DNA of 63,495 nt, the filler included, from Octopus bimaculoides (Eukaryota): NCBI RefSeq assembly GCF_001194135.2. It is 5 parts of 5 records of this genome, joined end to end, with 100 filler letters (N's around TTAATTAATTAA, not from the genome) between each part and the next. Parts side by side here need not be neighbours in the genome. Positions count along the whole stretch, not along the records: positions 22,818 to 44,703 come from NC_069000.1; 4 more parts are not named here. The stretch is one strand, 5' to 3'. The position numbers were made by a program, and so were the translations under genes. Shown piece after piece: positions 24,263 to 35,771 of the stretch (the first letter of the stretch is position 1; every line of letters starts with the position of its first letter). The notes under the pieces are model-generated. The model searched no databases. It was not told where the DNA came from and saw only the letters and a list, made by a program, of their open reading frames with translations.

Positions 24263-25289
24263 CGCACGCACACACACACACACACACATTCTCAGTTTTA
24301 TATATTAAGAAGATATATATATATGGAGATGGAAGATGGACTATACGAGAATTTATTATTAATCACAACAATTGTATCGACACATCCAGCATCTATCCTC
24401 ATGGGTAGGACATTCAACAACTGGTTCAGGAGTCATTGACTGCTAATCAATGACTTAAAAACTTTATTTCTCTTTTAAGCATAAGATCTCATTTTTCTGT
24501 CCTAAGAAAGTGAACAGTATAGACTGTGACTCCTTGAATATTAGGTTGTTGCTCTTAGAGATAGTTTATGGCCAGAAATTTGATGATGATAGAGCTGGAC
24601 TACTTTAGGGGCTGAAAATTCCAGTCTCTGGAGATGCAAGTCTCATAATTTTGCTTTTCAAGTCACAGTTAAGTCAATTGTCAGTAACTTGTTCAGCTGT
24701 TTTTGCAGTTTTAGTGTTAGTTGTGTAAGCATGTGTGTCAGTATTTGTGTTTCTGTATGTTAGTGTTGACCCTTTGGCAGCAAACCTCACTGATCCTTCT
24801 TATATTAATTGATTCAGAACCATTTTTAGGAAACACCAAAAGAAATTAATTACAGTATATAACTGGTAGAAAATTTTTCCCCTTAATCTCCAGAAAGAGG
24901 AAAATCAAAGTTGACTCCAATGGAGTTTGAAACTTGGGCATTAAGAGTTGTAACTAAATACAACAAATCAGTTGGTTCTGAAGATTTTCATATTTTGTTA
25001 TATCAGTATACATTCAGATTTGACTGGATGGACTTTGCTTTTCATTTTTCTGGTATTGATAATTACCAAGCAAGAAATGGAGTGAATTAAGCAGACTATA
25101 CTTCTCTGCAAAATCTGTGCTAATATCAGAAGTTATTCTTATTATTATGAACCATTATTATGTTTAACATTGGAATAAGAAGGTGTTGACCGGCAAAATC
25201 ATTGGGTCTGAAAAATTCTAAAGATTCTACATTTGCTGTCTTACTGAGTTTTGTTGATCTTTGCCTTTACCAGATTTGTTCTAAAGGCT

Positions 25290-26640
25290 TGATCCTGAGC
25301 AGCTATAACTAATGTTTCTGTTCTTGTTTTAAATTCCCATCTGTCAACCAAAGCCAGTGGGCTTCACTTGCAACCTTTTTGGCTTGTTGCGTGAATTGGC
25401 CATGCAATTCTATTTCTTTACATTTGTTCATTCTGTTGTTTATCTTTTTCTCTTTGAATTCTCCTACTGTTTCAGTCACTTTTTGGGTATCTCTGACTAC
25501 CAAAAATATTCTTTCTTTGCTCTATACTACATAATATTTCAAACCCAATATTGCAGTACCAACAGTTTCTTCCATGTCTAGTAATCCTCTACCACCTTCC
25601 CTTCTTAGCAAATAGAATTGGTCAGCATTACTTTTAAGATGGAGTGTGTTGTGTATTGTTAGCAGCTTTCCGCTTCTAAGTTCTGCAGCTTGATTTTTGT
25701 CCATTTCAGAAAGAGGGCTAAGTATCTCAATACTGGCATTGCTCATGTATTTATGGCTTTAATGATGTTCCCTCCATTTAATTTTCTTTTGAGCACCTCC
25801 CTAATTCTCCTTTCATACTTTTTAGTGACTTTCTCATTTTGCATTTCTATTATCGTATCGTTCCCATTTCTATTATCTCTCATTTACCATTTCTATTATT
25901 ATTCCACAGCAATCAAATGATGTTGTCTTGTGGTAATTTTATGCCATCAGACTTCGTTTTCTGGCTTCTCTTCATAGTTGGTACTGCACACTTGTCTACC
26001 CCAAACTGCATCCAAAATCTCTTTATTCAACATTCTCATTATTCAGATTAGAGAATCCAGGTCTATCTCATTTTTTGTATATGTCTTGAGGTCATCTATA
26101 TAAAGTAGGTGATTTATTCTTATCTTAGATTTGGTAAACTCATAGGCAGGCCTGGATTTTTTCAGTATATTTGTCAGAGAGATTAGCACAATGATGAAGA
26201 GTAATGAAGAGAGCAAGTACCCTTGGAAAATGTCCCTGTCTATTTTCATGTTACCTTGCGATTCATTTACAATGCTGGTTCTACTTCCCATTCTGTTAGC
26301 AGTTAACAGAGTAATGGCGAACAATTAGTAGGTCTATTATTGCTGACTTCCCTTCTCTTTTCTTTGTCCTTCTGTATCAGTACTGTCTTTCTTTTTGTCA
26401 TCCATGTTAGTGTTCTGTTTTCTGTGCAGTCAATAAAAAATAGTCATATATTGTTGAGTATACTCAGGAGGTTTTTGAGCCAGAAACCCTGGACTCGATG
26501 TGGTTTAGGGGCTTTCTAACTTGGTATTTTCTTAATCATCTCTTTTACTTTCTTATCTGTGATTGTTATATTCTCTTGTGTCACTCCATCTTCCATTTCT
26601 TTTTTAAATTACCATAACCAGTTTGCTTTTATATTATGTT
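25290..26640 (-). mobile_element. R4/Dong-like non-LTR RT fragment (degenerate)
   Basis: Minus strand RDIFQG.LLSSLLFII.L..L...INHLLYIDDLK and HNTLHLKSNADQFYLLRREGGRGLLDME; many stops. Confidence 0.75.
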
Positions 26641-26654
26641 AGACTTCTTCATTA

Positions 26655-29600
26655 TTCATCATCATCATCCAATGTTTTAAATCTGGTGTCCCCGTTAACG
26701 AGGGTGGCTAGATCTACCTCAATGCCATAGCAACCACCCTAACACACATCTTGCCATCATTCCCAGTTTTGGGCATCCTCTTTTTCAAACCAACCCTCCC
26801 AATCTCCTCCACCTGTCCCCTCCATCTTTTCCTCGGTCTCTCTTGCTTTCGTGCTCCATTTACCTCAAATGCAATTACCCTCCTCAGAACATGCTTTTCA
26901 TCCGTCCTCAACACATGCTCATACCACCTCACTCCATTTGCCCTTGAAAACCATTCCACCACTTCCTCCAACCCCAGAATTCCCATCAAATCCTCAGTCT
27001 TCCTCTTATCAAACAGCTTCACCACACACATTTCTCTCACCATTGCTCTCTCAGTCTATCTCAAAATTATCATTTTTCCGTCCCTCAGACATCATGTCTC
27101 ACTCCCATACAGCATTGCAGCTCTCACACAACTCTTATAGACCCTTCCTTTCATTTTTAATGAGAACCTTTTCCCATATAACAACGCTCCACATTCCCTG
27201 AACTTCACCCAGCCAAGTCTCACTCTTGCTGTCACAGCTGCTTCATATCCACCACTTACATCCACCCTATCTCCCAAATAACAAGACCCTCTCACCGTTT
27301 CCACCTCATTACATAGTGTTTCCTCTGGTTCCTCCGGCTCCTTTCTCACATCTTCCACAAACAAACTCTCTTGCCAGTCTTAGGGTCACCTTCTTCATTT
27401 TCATACATCTACCATGAATCCATTTCTCACATCTTGTACACAACACCGCATTTGCCATCACCCTCCTCCCACATACACCGAATGGATCCACCTTGCTCAC
27501 TAACACTTTTTCTACCCTGCTCACCATCGTCTTTGTCCTCCCGAAGTTTACCTTCAAACCTTTGCTTTCAGATGCCTCCTTCCATTTCCAAAACTTCTCC
27601 CTCAATCCTTTCATCGTCTCACTCATCAGAACAAGGTCATCCACATTCAGTATCTCCATTATCAATCCCTCTTTTGCACTCTCTGTCACCACATCAACCA
27701 CTATTGCAAACAACAACGGTGACAACACAGATCCCTGATGCACACCAACTTTCACCACAAACTCCCCCAACAGCTCATTGCTCTCACTATTACCTCTAGT
27801 ACACCTCTCTTCCTCAATGCCCACTCAATCACCTTCCTTAGAACCCTATCAAATGCCTTCTCCAGATCAACGAAGCACATGTACAACTCCTTCTCTCTGT
27901 ATTCCTCTTGCAATCTCCTTACAATGAACACTCCATCTATTGCCTCCCTACCTGGCATAAAACCAAATTGCATCTTGTCGACATCCACCCCTTTCTGAAT
28001 TCTCTCCAACACCCTTTCTCCTATNNNNNNNNNNNNNNNNNNNNNNNNNNNNNNNNNNNNNNNNNNNNNNNNNNNNNNNNNNNNNNNNNNNNNNNNNNNN
28101 NNNNNNNNNNNNNNNNNNNNNNNNNNNNNNNNNNNNNNNNNNNNNNNNNNNNNNNNNNNNNNNNNNNNNNNNNNNNNNNNNNNNNNNNNNNNNNNNNNNN
28201 NNNNNNNNNNNNNNNNNNNNNNNNNNNNNNNNNNNNNNNNNNNNNNNNNNNNNNNNNNNNNNNNNNNNNNNNNNNNNNNNNNNNNNNNNNNNNNNNNNNN
28301 NNNNNNNNNNNNNNNNNNNNNNNNNNNNNNNNNNNNNNNNNNNNNNNNNNNNNNNNNNNNNNNNNNNNNNNNNNNNNNNNNNNNNNNNNNNNNNNNNNNN
28401 NNNNNNNNNNNNNNNNNNNNNNNNNNNNNNNNNNNNNNNNNNNNNNNNNNNNNNNNNNNNNNNNNNNNNNNNNNNNNNNNNNNNNNNNNNNNNNNNNNNN
28501 NNNNNNNNNNNNNNNNNNNNNNNNNNNNNNNNNNNNNNNNNNNNNNNNNNNNNNNNNNNNNNNNNNNNNNNNNNNNNNNNNNNNNNNNNNNNNNNNNNNN
28601 NNNNNNNNNNNNNNNNNNNNNNNNNNNNNNNNNNNNNNNNNNNNNNNNNNNNNNNNNNNNNNNNNNNNNNNNNNNNNNNNNNNNNNNATAAAGCTTTGTG
28701 CGCCTCCTTCTTCCTCACTATCATAACCCTCCTCGTTCCACCACCATGTATCTCTTCAATCTCTCCTACCTTTCATCCTTCCACACACTCCGTCACTTGC
28801 CTTTAGTACCCCTTCTTTAATAGACTTCCACAAATCTGGTGCATCAATGCTTACCAATTTCCCAACTCTCTCTTCAAACCTTGCTCTTGTGTTTTCTTCC
28901 TTCAGTCTCCACACCTTTCTCCTCTCAACTGTTCCCTTTCTCACACACTTTTTAACTTTCTTCTTATCCAAGTCAGCAACACCAACCTGTGCTGCAACTC
29001 TCCTGGTATTGTCTTTGCATCTCTCAGATACTTTCTGTTTTTCCTGCCAACTAACATGAAGTCAATCTCTGTCTCATTCCCTCCCACACTGAAAGTCACC
29101 TTCCTTTTCTCTGTCTTCCTAAACCATGTGTTTGCCACACACAACTCTTTCTCATCACAAAACTCCAACAGCATCCTTCTTTCCAAATTTCTCTCCCCAA
29201 TTCCTTTTCCTCCATGCACACCCTCAAAGCCTGGGATCCATTTCCCAACATGTCCATTAAAATCACCCATGCCCAAAACCAATTCATCCACCTTATGACC
29301 TTATGTCATTTCACCAAAGAACTGCTCTTTCTCAGCGATCCCTCTTCCACTTTGCGAACCATACCCACAAACCACCCTCACCACTTCTTCCTCAAATGCT
29401 AACACTAACGTTACCACTCTGTCACTCTTTCTCCTGACCTCCACCACCTTCTCACAGATTTCTTCCTTCATCAAAACTCCCACTCCTCCAGTTCACTTGC
29501 TCTTTCCCGACCACCACAACTTGTACCTTCTTCCCTTGACCCCCTCAAATCTTGCATTCTGGCCCCTCCACCTAGCCTCCTGCACACAGCACACATCCTC

Positions 29601-29690
29601 CCTCTTCCTCAGTTCCTCACATATCTCAGTTCCCCTTCCACGTAGACTGCTCACATTCCAACTTCCCAACCTCATCCGAAGCTTCTCCTC
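26655..29690 (-). mobile_element. RTE-clade LINE, near full length, pseudogenised (APE + RT + PHD-type finger)
   Basis: APE: RLGSWNVSSLRGRG...CCVQEARW, MGDFNGHVG, TEIDF. RT: QFGFMPGR.AID.VF...FVDLEKAFD, GVHQGSVLSPLLF, NVDDLVL. C-terminus: MLYGSET...GVRWYEHVLR. (GAT)n tail at about 26655. Confidence 0.9.
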
Positions 29691-29714
29691 AGGCCTTTAT
29701 CATCATTATTAAGT

Positions 29715-29995
29715 TACCACAGTATGAGAGTATTAAACTGGAATGATTTCTACTTGAGAGAGCAAGTTACATCCCAGCATCCTCAGCTCTCAAGGGCACT
29801 TCTTTTGATGCTTGCTGTTCCAAGCAATGTGGCTTTCTACAGCAGCTTCATGCTACTTTTGAGTTGTAACTAACTGGGATTTGAAATTGGTAATTACCAT
29901 TCTGAATGAGCCAACTATGATTGGAATTACACATGCAGCCTTTAAGTTCCATATCTTTTCCAGTTCTTTTCTCAGCCCGCTGAAGTTGGTCACTT
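29715..29995 (-). mobile_element. R4/Dong-like REL 3' end fragment
   Basis: Minus strand LRKELEKIWNLKAACVIPIIVGSFRMV... followed by a degenerate ATLLGTASI motif and an (AAT/GAT) tail. Confidence 0.55.
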
Positions 29996-30002
29996 TCTCT
30001 TC

Positions 30003-30418
30003 ATACTCTTTTACTCGTTTCAGTCATTTGAATGTGGCCATGCTGGAGCACTGCCTTTAGTCAAGCAAATTGACCCCAGGACTTATTCTTTGTAAGCCTA
30101 GTACTTATTCTATCGGTCTCTTATGCCAAACCACTAAGTTATGGGGACATAAACACACCAGTATCGGTTGTCCAGCAATGTTGGGGGATAAACACAGACA
30201 CACAAACATATACACACACACAAACATATACACACACACATATATACATATATACAACGGGCTTCTTTCAGTTTCCGTCTACCAAATCCACTCACAAGGC
30301 TTTGGTCGGCCTGAGGTTATAGTAGAAGACATTTGCCCAAGGTGCCATACAGTGGGACTGAACCTGGAACCATGTGGTTCGTAAGCAAGCTACTTACCAC
30401 AAACCACTCCTACGCCTT
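30003..30418 (-). mobile_element. SINE family A
   Basis: Reverse complement of the family consensus. Confidence 0.85.
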
Positions 30419-31599
30419 GATTTTTATATTCTTGCTCCTGGCGATTGGTTTGTTAATAATGTCACATTTTCTATCTTTCTTGTACAGGACCAAATTATCT
30501 GGCCTTGTGTTCTGTCACATTGTCTGTTTGTATGCTAAAGTCTCAGATAAATGTAACATTGATGTTCTCCATGACATTTTGTGGTTTGTGGTTATACCAG
30601 TTGACCTCATCAATAAAACCATTTTTCTGACACACTTGTAGATGGATGATCCTGGCTGTATTATCATGCTTCAGCTTATATTCAGTTTGTGTTACTTCAA
30701 ATTATTACTAGCAGCATCTGTGAATATTTCACGGAATTAATGGTAAACCTATTGGGTTATTTCTGAAAACTTTATCCAAAAAACCTGAAAGTGTAGCCTA
30801 TGTTGTGTCTGTACCCATCTGTTACTCATTGAAAAGTGAAAGAAATTGGAATCTAATGATTACTTAATGTACTTTATATAAACACTTTATGCACAGTTTT
30901 ATAGACTTAATACACAACATTCATAAAATAAATATTCACTCTTATTTTTCCATTTTTTCCATAAACAAAACAAAAACTATCCTGTACATATGATAGAATC
31001 TTGAGTGAAATTTGAAATTGCATATATCTGCCATGTAAATAAGCGTGAATATTTCACAGAATTGCACTTATACGCATGCGTTAAGTGGTAGGTGATACAA
31101 AAAACTTAGTTCAATTAAAAAAAATACACTTTTCACTATTGAAGCACCATCACCACCACCATCATCTCTCTTCCCCCTCTCTCTCCGTACCCTCTCTTTC
31201 TCTCCCTCCTCCCTCTCGTTCTCTCCCTCCCTCCCCTCTCTTTCTCCCCTCCCCTCTCTTTCTCCCCTCCCCCCTCTTTCTCCCCACTCACCTCTTTGTG
31301 CCTTTCTTTAACCTCACCATCAGAACATCACCCTCTGCTAAAATTATTACGTTTTCCCCTACCTCACGTCATGGACACTTTTCTCTCTCCATCTTTTTCT
31401 TTCTCCTTCTTTTTGTCTCACTCTTCGCCTTATCTTTTTTCTCCTCTTTTTCCCTTCAACTTTTCACGTGAAAGCCTTACAATTACATTCCCCTTACCTC
31501 ATGTCATGGATGCTTCTCCCTCCCTCTTTTTATCTAATCACATGAAAGTGTTACTGATGGGCTAAGTAAAACAGTGACAAGCAGAATTATTATAAGATT

Positions 31600-33375
31600 A
31601 TTATTGTTAATATTATTGGGCAAATCACATGGTTTGGGTGGTCTGCCCTACGAGCTTTACGCTTACTTGCCAGACTTGTTTGGCAACCTCTTAGCAAACA
31701 TTTACTGCAACTGGCAACAGAATGGGAAAATTCCCAGTTTTGTAAGCCAAGAAGCAGTGGTATTGCTGAGAAAAAACCCGAATAAGGGGGATTGTATTGA
31801 CAACTTTAGGCCCATAATTCAGCTGAATGCAGAGTTCAAAATTTTGGCCAAGGTGTTAGCTACAAGGTTGGTGCGTGTTGTCAGGGATCTGGTAGGGGAA
31901 ACACAGACATGTGCCATCCCCAAAAGATCCATCCATGACAACTTCCATCGCATGTGATAGATCATTGAGAAAGTGACTAAAGAACCTGGCACAGATGGAG
32001 CCCTGATCAATTTAGATCAGTCTGAAGTTTTCAATAGCAGTGGTACTCAATTCAGCTGGTTTTGGGCCTGTATTCAAGAGCTGGATCACTGCAATGCACA
32101 GCAACATCTGTTCAGTGGTCAGAGTGAACAGTCACCTCTCAGAGCCATTCAACATCATGCGCTTGGTCCAGCAGGGTTGTCCTCTCTCATCTATCTTGTA
32201 TGTACTGACTCTCAAGCCACTACTACACAAAATGGAGGCATTGAGAGGCTAACCTGTATATTGTGCCCATCATCTACTATCACTTGACCATCATGCCTTG
32301 TCCTAGCCACCGTCTGATTATGCTGGAGCATATACTCTTCCACTTCTTGTAGAAGGGACATGTCCCGGTGGTCAGGCAGTCTATCTGCTGTCAGCACCTG
32401 CTACATGGTGGTCTGGGCATACCTTGGTTGATGATGTGCAGATATGCACTGAGGCTACAATATCTCCAGTGCTTCCTTGACAGTGAACAGATGTGGTCGC
32501 TGTTCACCAGACATATTTCCACAGCTAGTTTCTTTAATGGAGCTGCAGTCCTAGGTAAAACAGAGACCAAAAGGGAGTATTTGCAAAGAGGAAGTCTTCA
32601 AGTGCTCACAGCGCTCAGCCAATTGGACATTGTGATAGGTGGAATGTCCGCTTTAGCTTTTTATAGAGGAAAAGTGCGACAATGTTCTTGGGGAGACCTT
32701 GGGTGTGAAAGAAAATCAGCTAGTCACTCTTTTCCAGGGAACTTTTGGGCCGGGACCAATGGATAATTTCCAAAAATCTCTGGCCTGGCAGTGCTACTGG
32801 AGTGTTACCTGTTCGAGATAAACTTTACAGGTATGGAAGTGCTGTCAGCTGAGCATTTCTGAGATGCGTGCAGGATGATGCACTTGTCCAGTGCCCAAGC
32901 ATTGCTGACCTGTGGGTTTATGTCGAACACTTGCTGTCATATGTGAGGTTGTATGGTGGACAAGATTGAAGGGACTGAAGCTGAAGGAAAATAAGGGTAG
33001 AGAAGGAAGTGTTGTCTTCTAGCCAGTTTGGCCGAAAGGTTGATGAAAGTGGTGAGAATGGTGCTAGTGAACGGGCCTGCCCTGAGCATATGCCTGTAGT
33101 TGGAAAAAGGAAAGGAAAAAAGGCACCTGCCTCAAAAGTCAGGGTACCCATGGTTTTTTTTATGGGGTTTTGCCATGAGTAGCCCTCAAATGTCTCCTCC
33201 CTATTGAGGATTGCACATTGCTGATTTCTTCCTTTTTTTTTTTGTAAATTTTGTTAGTCTTGTTTACATGCAAAACCCTCACAACAACACACATACACAC
33301 ACACATTGTTTTGTCCTGTACTGTCCATAATGTTTTTCTTAACTAAAACACTTGTGCTTAATAAAGAAATCATTA
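31600..33375 (+). mobile_element. L1/Tx1-clade LINE, RT to 3' end, degenerate
   Basis: GLGGLPYELY...LLRKNPNKGDCIDNFRPIIQLNAEFKILAKVLATRL...QTCAIPKRSIHDN and VQQGCPLSSILYVL, GGLGIPWL; ends CTTGTGCTTAATAAAGAAAT. The YADD region appears deleted. Confidence 0.8.
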
Positions 33376-33377
33376 TT

Positions 33378-34190
33378 AAGGCAGTGAGCTGGCAGAATTA
33401 TTAGCATGCTGGGCAAAATGTTTGGTGGTATTACATCTATCTTCAAATTTCCCCAAGGTCAATTTGCCTTTCACCCTTTCAGGGTCAATAAAATAAGTAC
33501 CTGTTAAACACTGGGGTCAATATAATCAACTTACCTCCTTCCCTGAAATTCCTGGCCTTGTGCCAAAATTTTTATCTTTTAATTATCATTGTCGTTGTTG
33601 TTGTTGTTATTATTATTATTATTATTCAAATTCTGCCAAGGTCAACTTTGCCTTTCATCCTTTTGCAGTCAGTAAAATAAGTACCAGCCAAGCACTGGGG
33701 TTGATATAATCGACTTACTCACTCCTTTGAAATTGCTGGACTTGTACTAAAATTTGAAACCATCATCATCATCATCGCTAATATTCAAATTCTGCCAAGG
33801 TCAATTTTGCTTTTAATCTTTTCAGGGTTGATAAATTAAATACCAGTTAAACCCTAAGGTTGATGTAATTGGTTTACCTTCTCCTCCAGAATTGCTGGCC
33901 TTGTAACAAAATTTGAAATTGATATATTCTTACTAATTCAGTCAAGTCCATAACAAATTATAACTTAAAGGGGCCAAGCTGGCAGAATTGTTAGCACACC
34001 AGGTAAAATGCCTAGCAGCATTTCATCCATCTTTACATTCTGTGTTCAAATTGTGCTGAGGTCGACTTTGTTTTTCATCTTTTCGGGGTCAGTTAATTAA
34101 ATACCAGGGAAACACTGGGGCTGATGTAATCAACTAGTCCCCTCCCCCAAAATTTCAGGCTTTGTGTCTTTAGTAGAAAGGATTATTATT
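33378..34190 (+). mobile_element. Cluster of four head-to-tail SINE family B copies or fragments
   Basis: Units at about 33378-33570, 33625-33770, 33783-33920 and 33975-34185, each with TTTGCCTTTCA.CCTTT..GGGTC.ATAAA.TAA.TACC. Confidence 0.8.
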
Positions 34191-34292
34191 ATTATTATTA
34201 TTATCATTATTATTATTATAATTATTATTAATTTAGTTGTTGTTGGTTAATATTATTATAATTATTATTGTTGTTATTATTTCATTATCCAG

Positions 34293-34517
34293 AAAAAGAA
34301 TACTGAATTGTGTCAGAAGATTCATGAAGAGCGAATGATCTGTCTCGATGTGAAAGTTCAAATTCGACTGCTGCAACAGAAGCAACAAGAACCCTCCAAC
34401 TCTGTTTCTTTAGGAGTGGGAAACAGTGGTTTAACTGGCTCTGTTGGAGCTAATACAGAAAATAGTGGATCACTTGGTCTTGGGAGGTCATTTGATAAAG
34501 AAGCCACAAGTTTGTGA
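34293..34517 (+). CDS. RALBP1: RalA-binding protein 1 (RLIP76) orthologue, terminal coding exon
   Basis: TTATCCAG|AAA...TGA; KKNTELCQKIHEERMICLDVKVQIRLLQQKQ...SFDKEATSL* aligns with human RALBP1 C-terminal KNNHLNQAIHEEREAIIELRVQLRLLQ...RKETSI* (recalled). No other exons found. Confidence 0.75.
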   Translation, partial: KKNTELCQKIHEERMICLDVKVQIRLLQQKQQEPSNSVSLGVGNSGLTGSVGANTENSGSLGLGRSFDKEATSL

Positions 34518-35338
34518 GATAAAACAATAACAATAAAGTAAAGGATGATGACAACAACTACAAAATGGCTTAAAATAAATGGTTGGCAGGGGGTAAGAAT
34601 GTTAAAATAGAATAAAAACAAAGAAACAAACTAGTAACATAAAAACAATTACAATTTGCAAAGCAAAGTGCCTGCTCATGAGAGGGACAGAAATGCAGCT
34701 TGGGTTGTTCGATGGTTGATGGTTCAAGGCTTAATCTGTGGCAAAACAAAAATGGATATTTTTTATTGGAGCTCTTATTTAAAAAAAAAATGTGCTGTTT
34801 TTGGACATTCTTGGTCTCCTGCTTCAGATGATTTGTTTAGCATTTGTCTATTTCTTGTCTGTTTCACTCCTTGGCCTTTCCTACACAAAGAGGGAATGCA
34901 ATGAAGGGTGTGATTTAAAATGTTAAAACTGAACAGAAGATGGAAGGACCAAGTAACACATATGCAAATACATACACATATTACATATAATTATACATAG
35001 AAAACATCTACTTATAAATGCATGACATATGACAATAATTGTAATTTAATATATTTTGTAAAATGAACACCACTGATTTTTGATTTATTTGTAAATGTAA
35101 TATGTACAATATATATATATATATATGAGAGGTATTGGTATCTAGAAGACCCAAAGAATGTCAGGTAATGCTAAGTAAGTGCTATGGACAGACTGTAGTT
35201 TAACTCTTGGTTCGATAATGATATGAGTGAGGAGTCTAATATGAGACTTGTATTAGCATGCATGTATATATTATACAGAATGAGATGACAAAGCCAAGAC
35301 TGTAAGGAATTTTCAGGATATTTATAAGGTAATAGTTG

Positions 35339-35378
35339 TACAGCTGTTTCTGGGATATTATGGATATCCCTTCATCAT
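35339..35378 (-). ncRNA. Degenerate hammerhead-like motif (third family)
   Basis: Minus strand ATGATGA-A-GGGATAT(CCATA)ATATCCC-A-GAA-ACAGCTGT-A; 7-bp stem II and palindromic ACAGCTGT, but C3 and stem I are lost. Confidence 0.35.
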
Positions 35379-35771
35379 TTCTCCCTTTTTTCCTTTTTCT
35401 TATTTCTCCCTTTCTTCCTCTCAGTTTCTCCTCCTCTTTTTAATTTGTCCTATCTCCTCTTTATCATCATACACATCTCTCCTTCCCATTTTCCACAAAT
35501 ACTACCAATACATTCTCAAATTTTTATTCACACCACAGCTGTAATAACATTTCCTTAAAAATATCAAGAAAACTCCTCACAGCCATGGCTTTCTTATTTC
35601 ATTCTATATGATGTATATATATATATATGTGTCATCATCATCGTTTAACGTCCGCTTTCCATGCTAGCATGNNNNNNNNNNNNNNNNNNNNNNNNNNNNN
35701 NNNNNNNNNNNNNNNNNNNNNNNNNNNNNNNNNNNNNNNNNNNNNNNNNNNNNNNNNNNNNNNNNNNNNNN

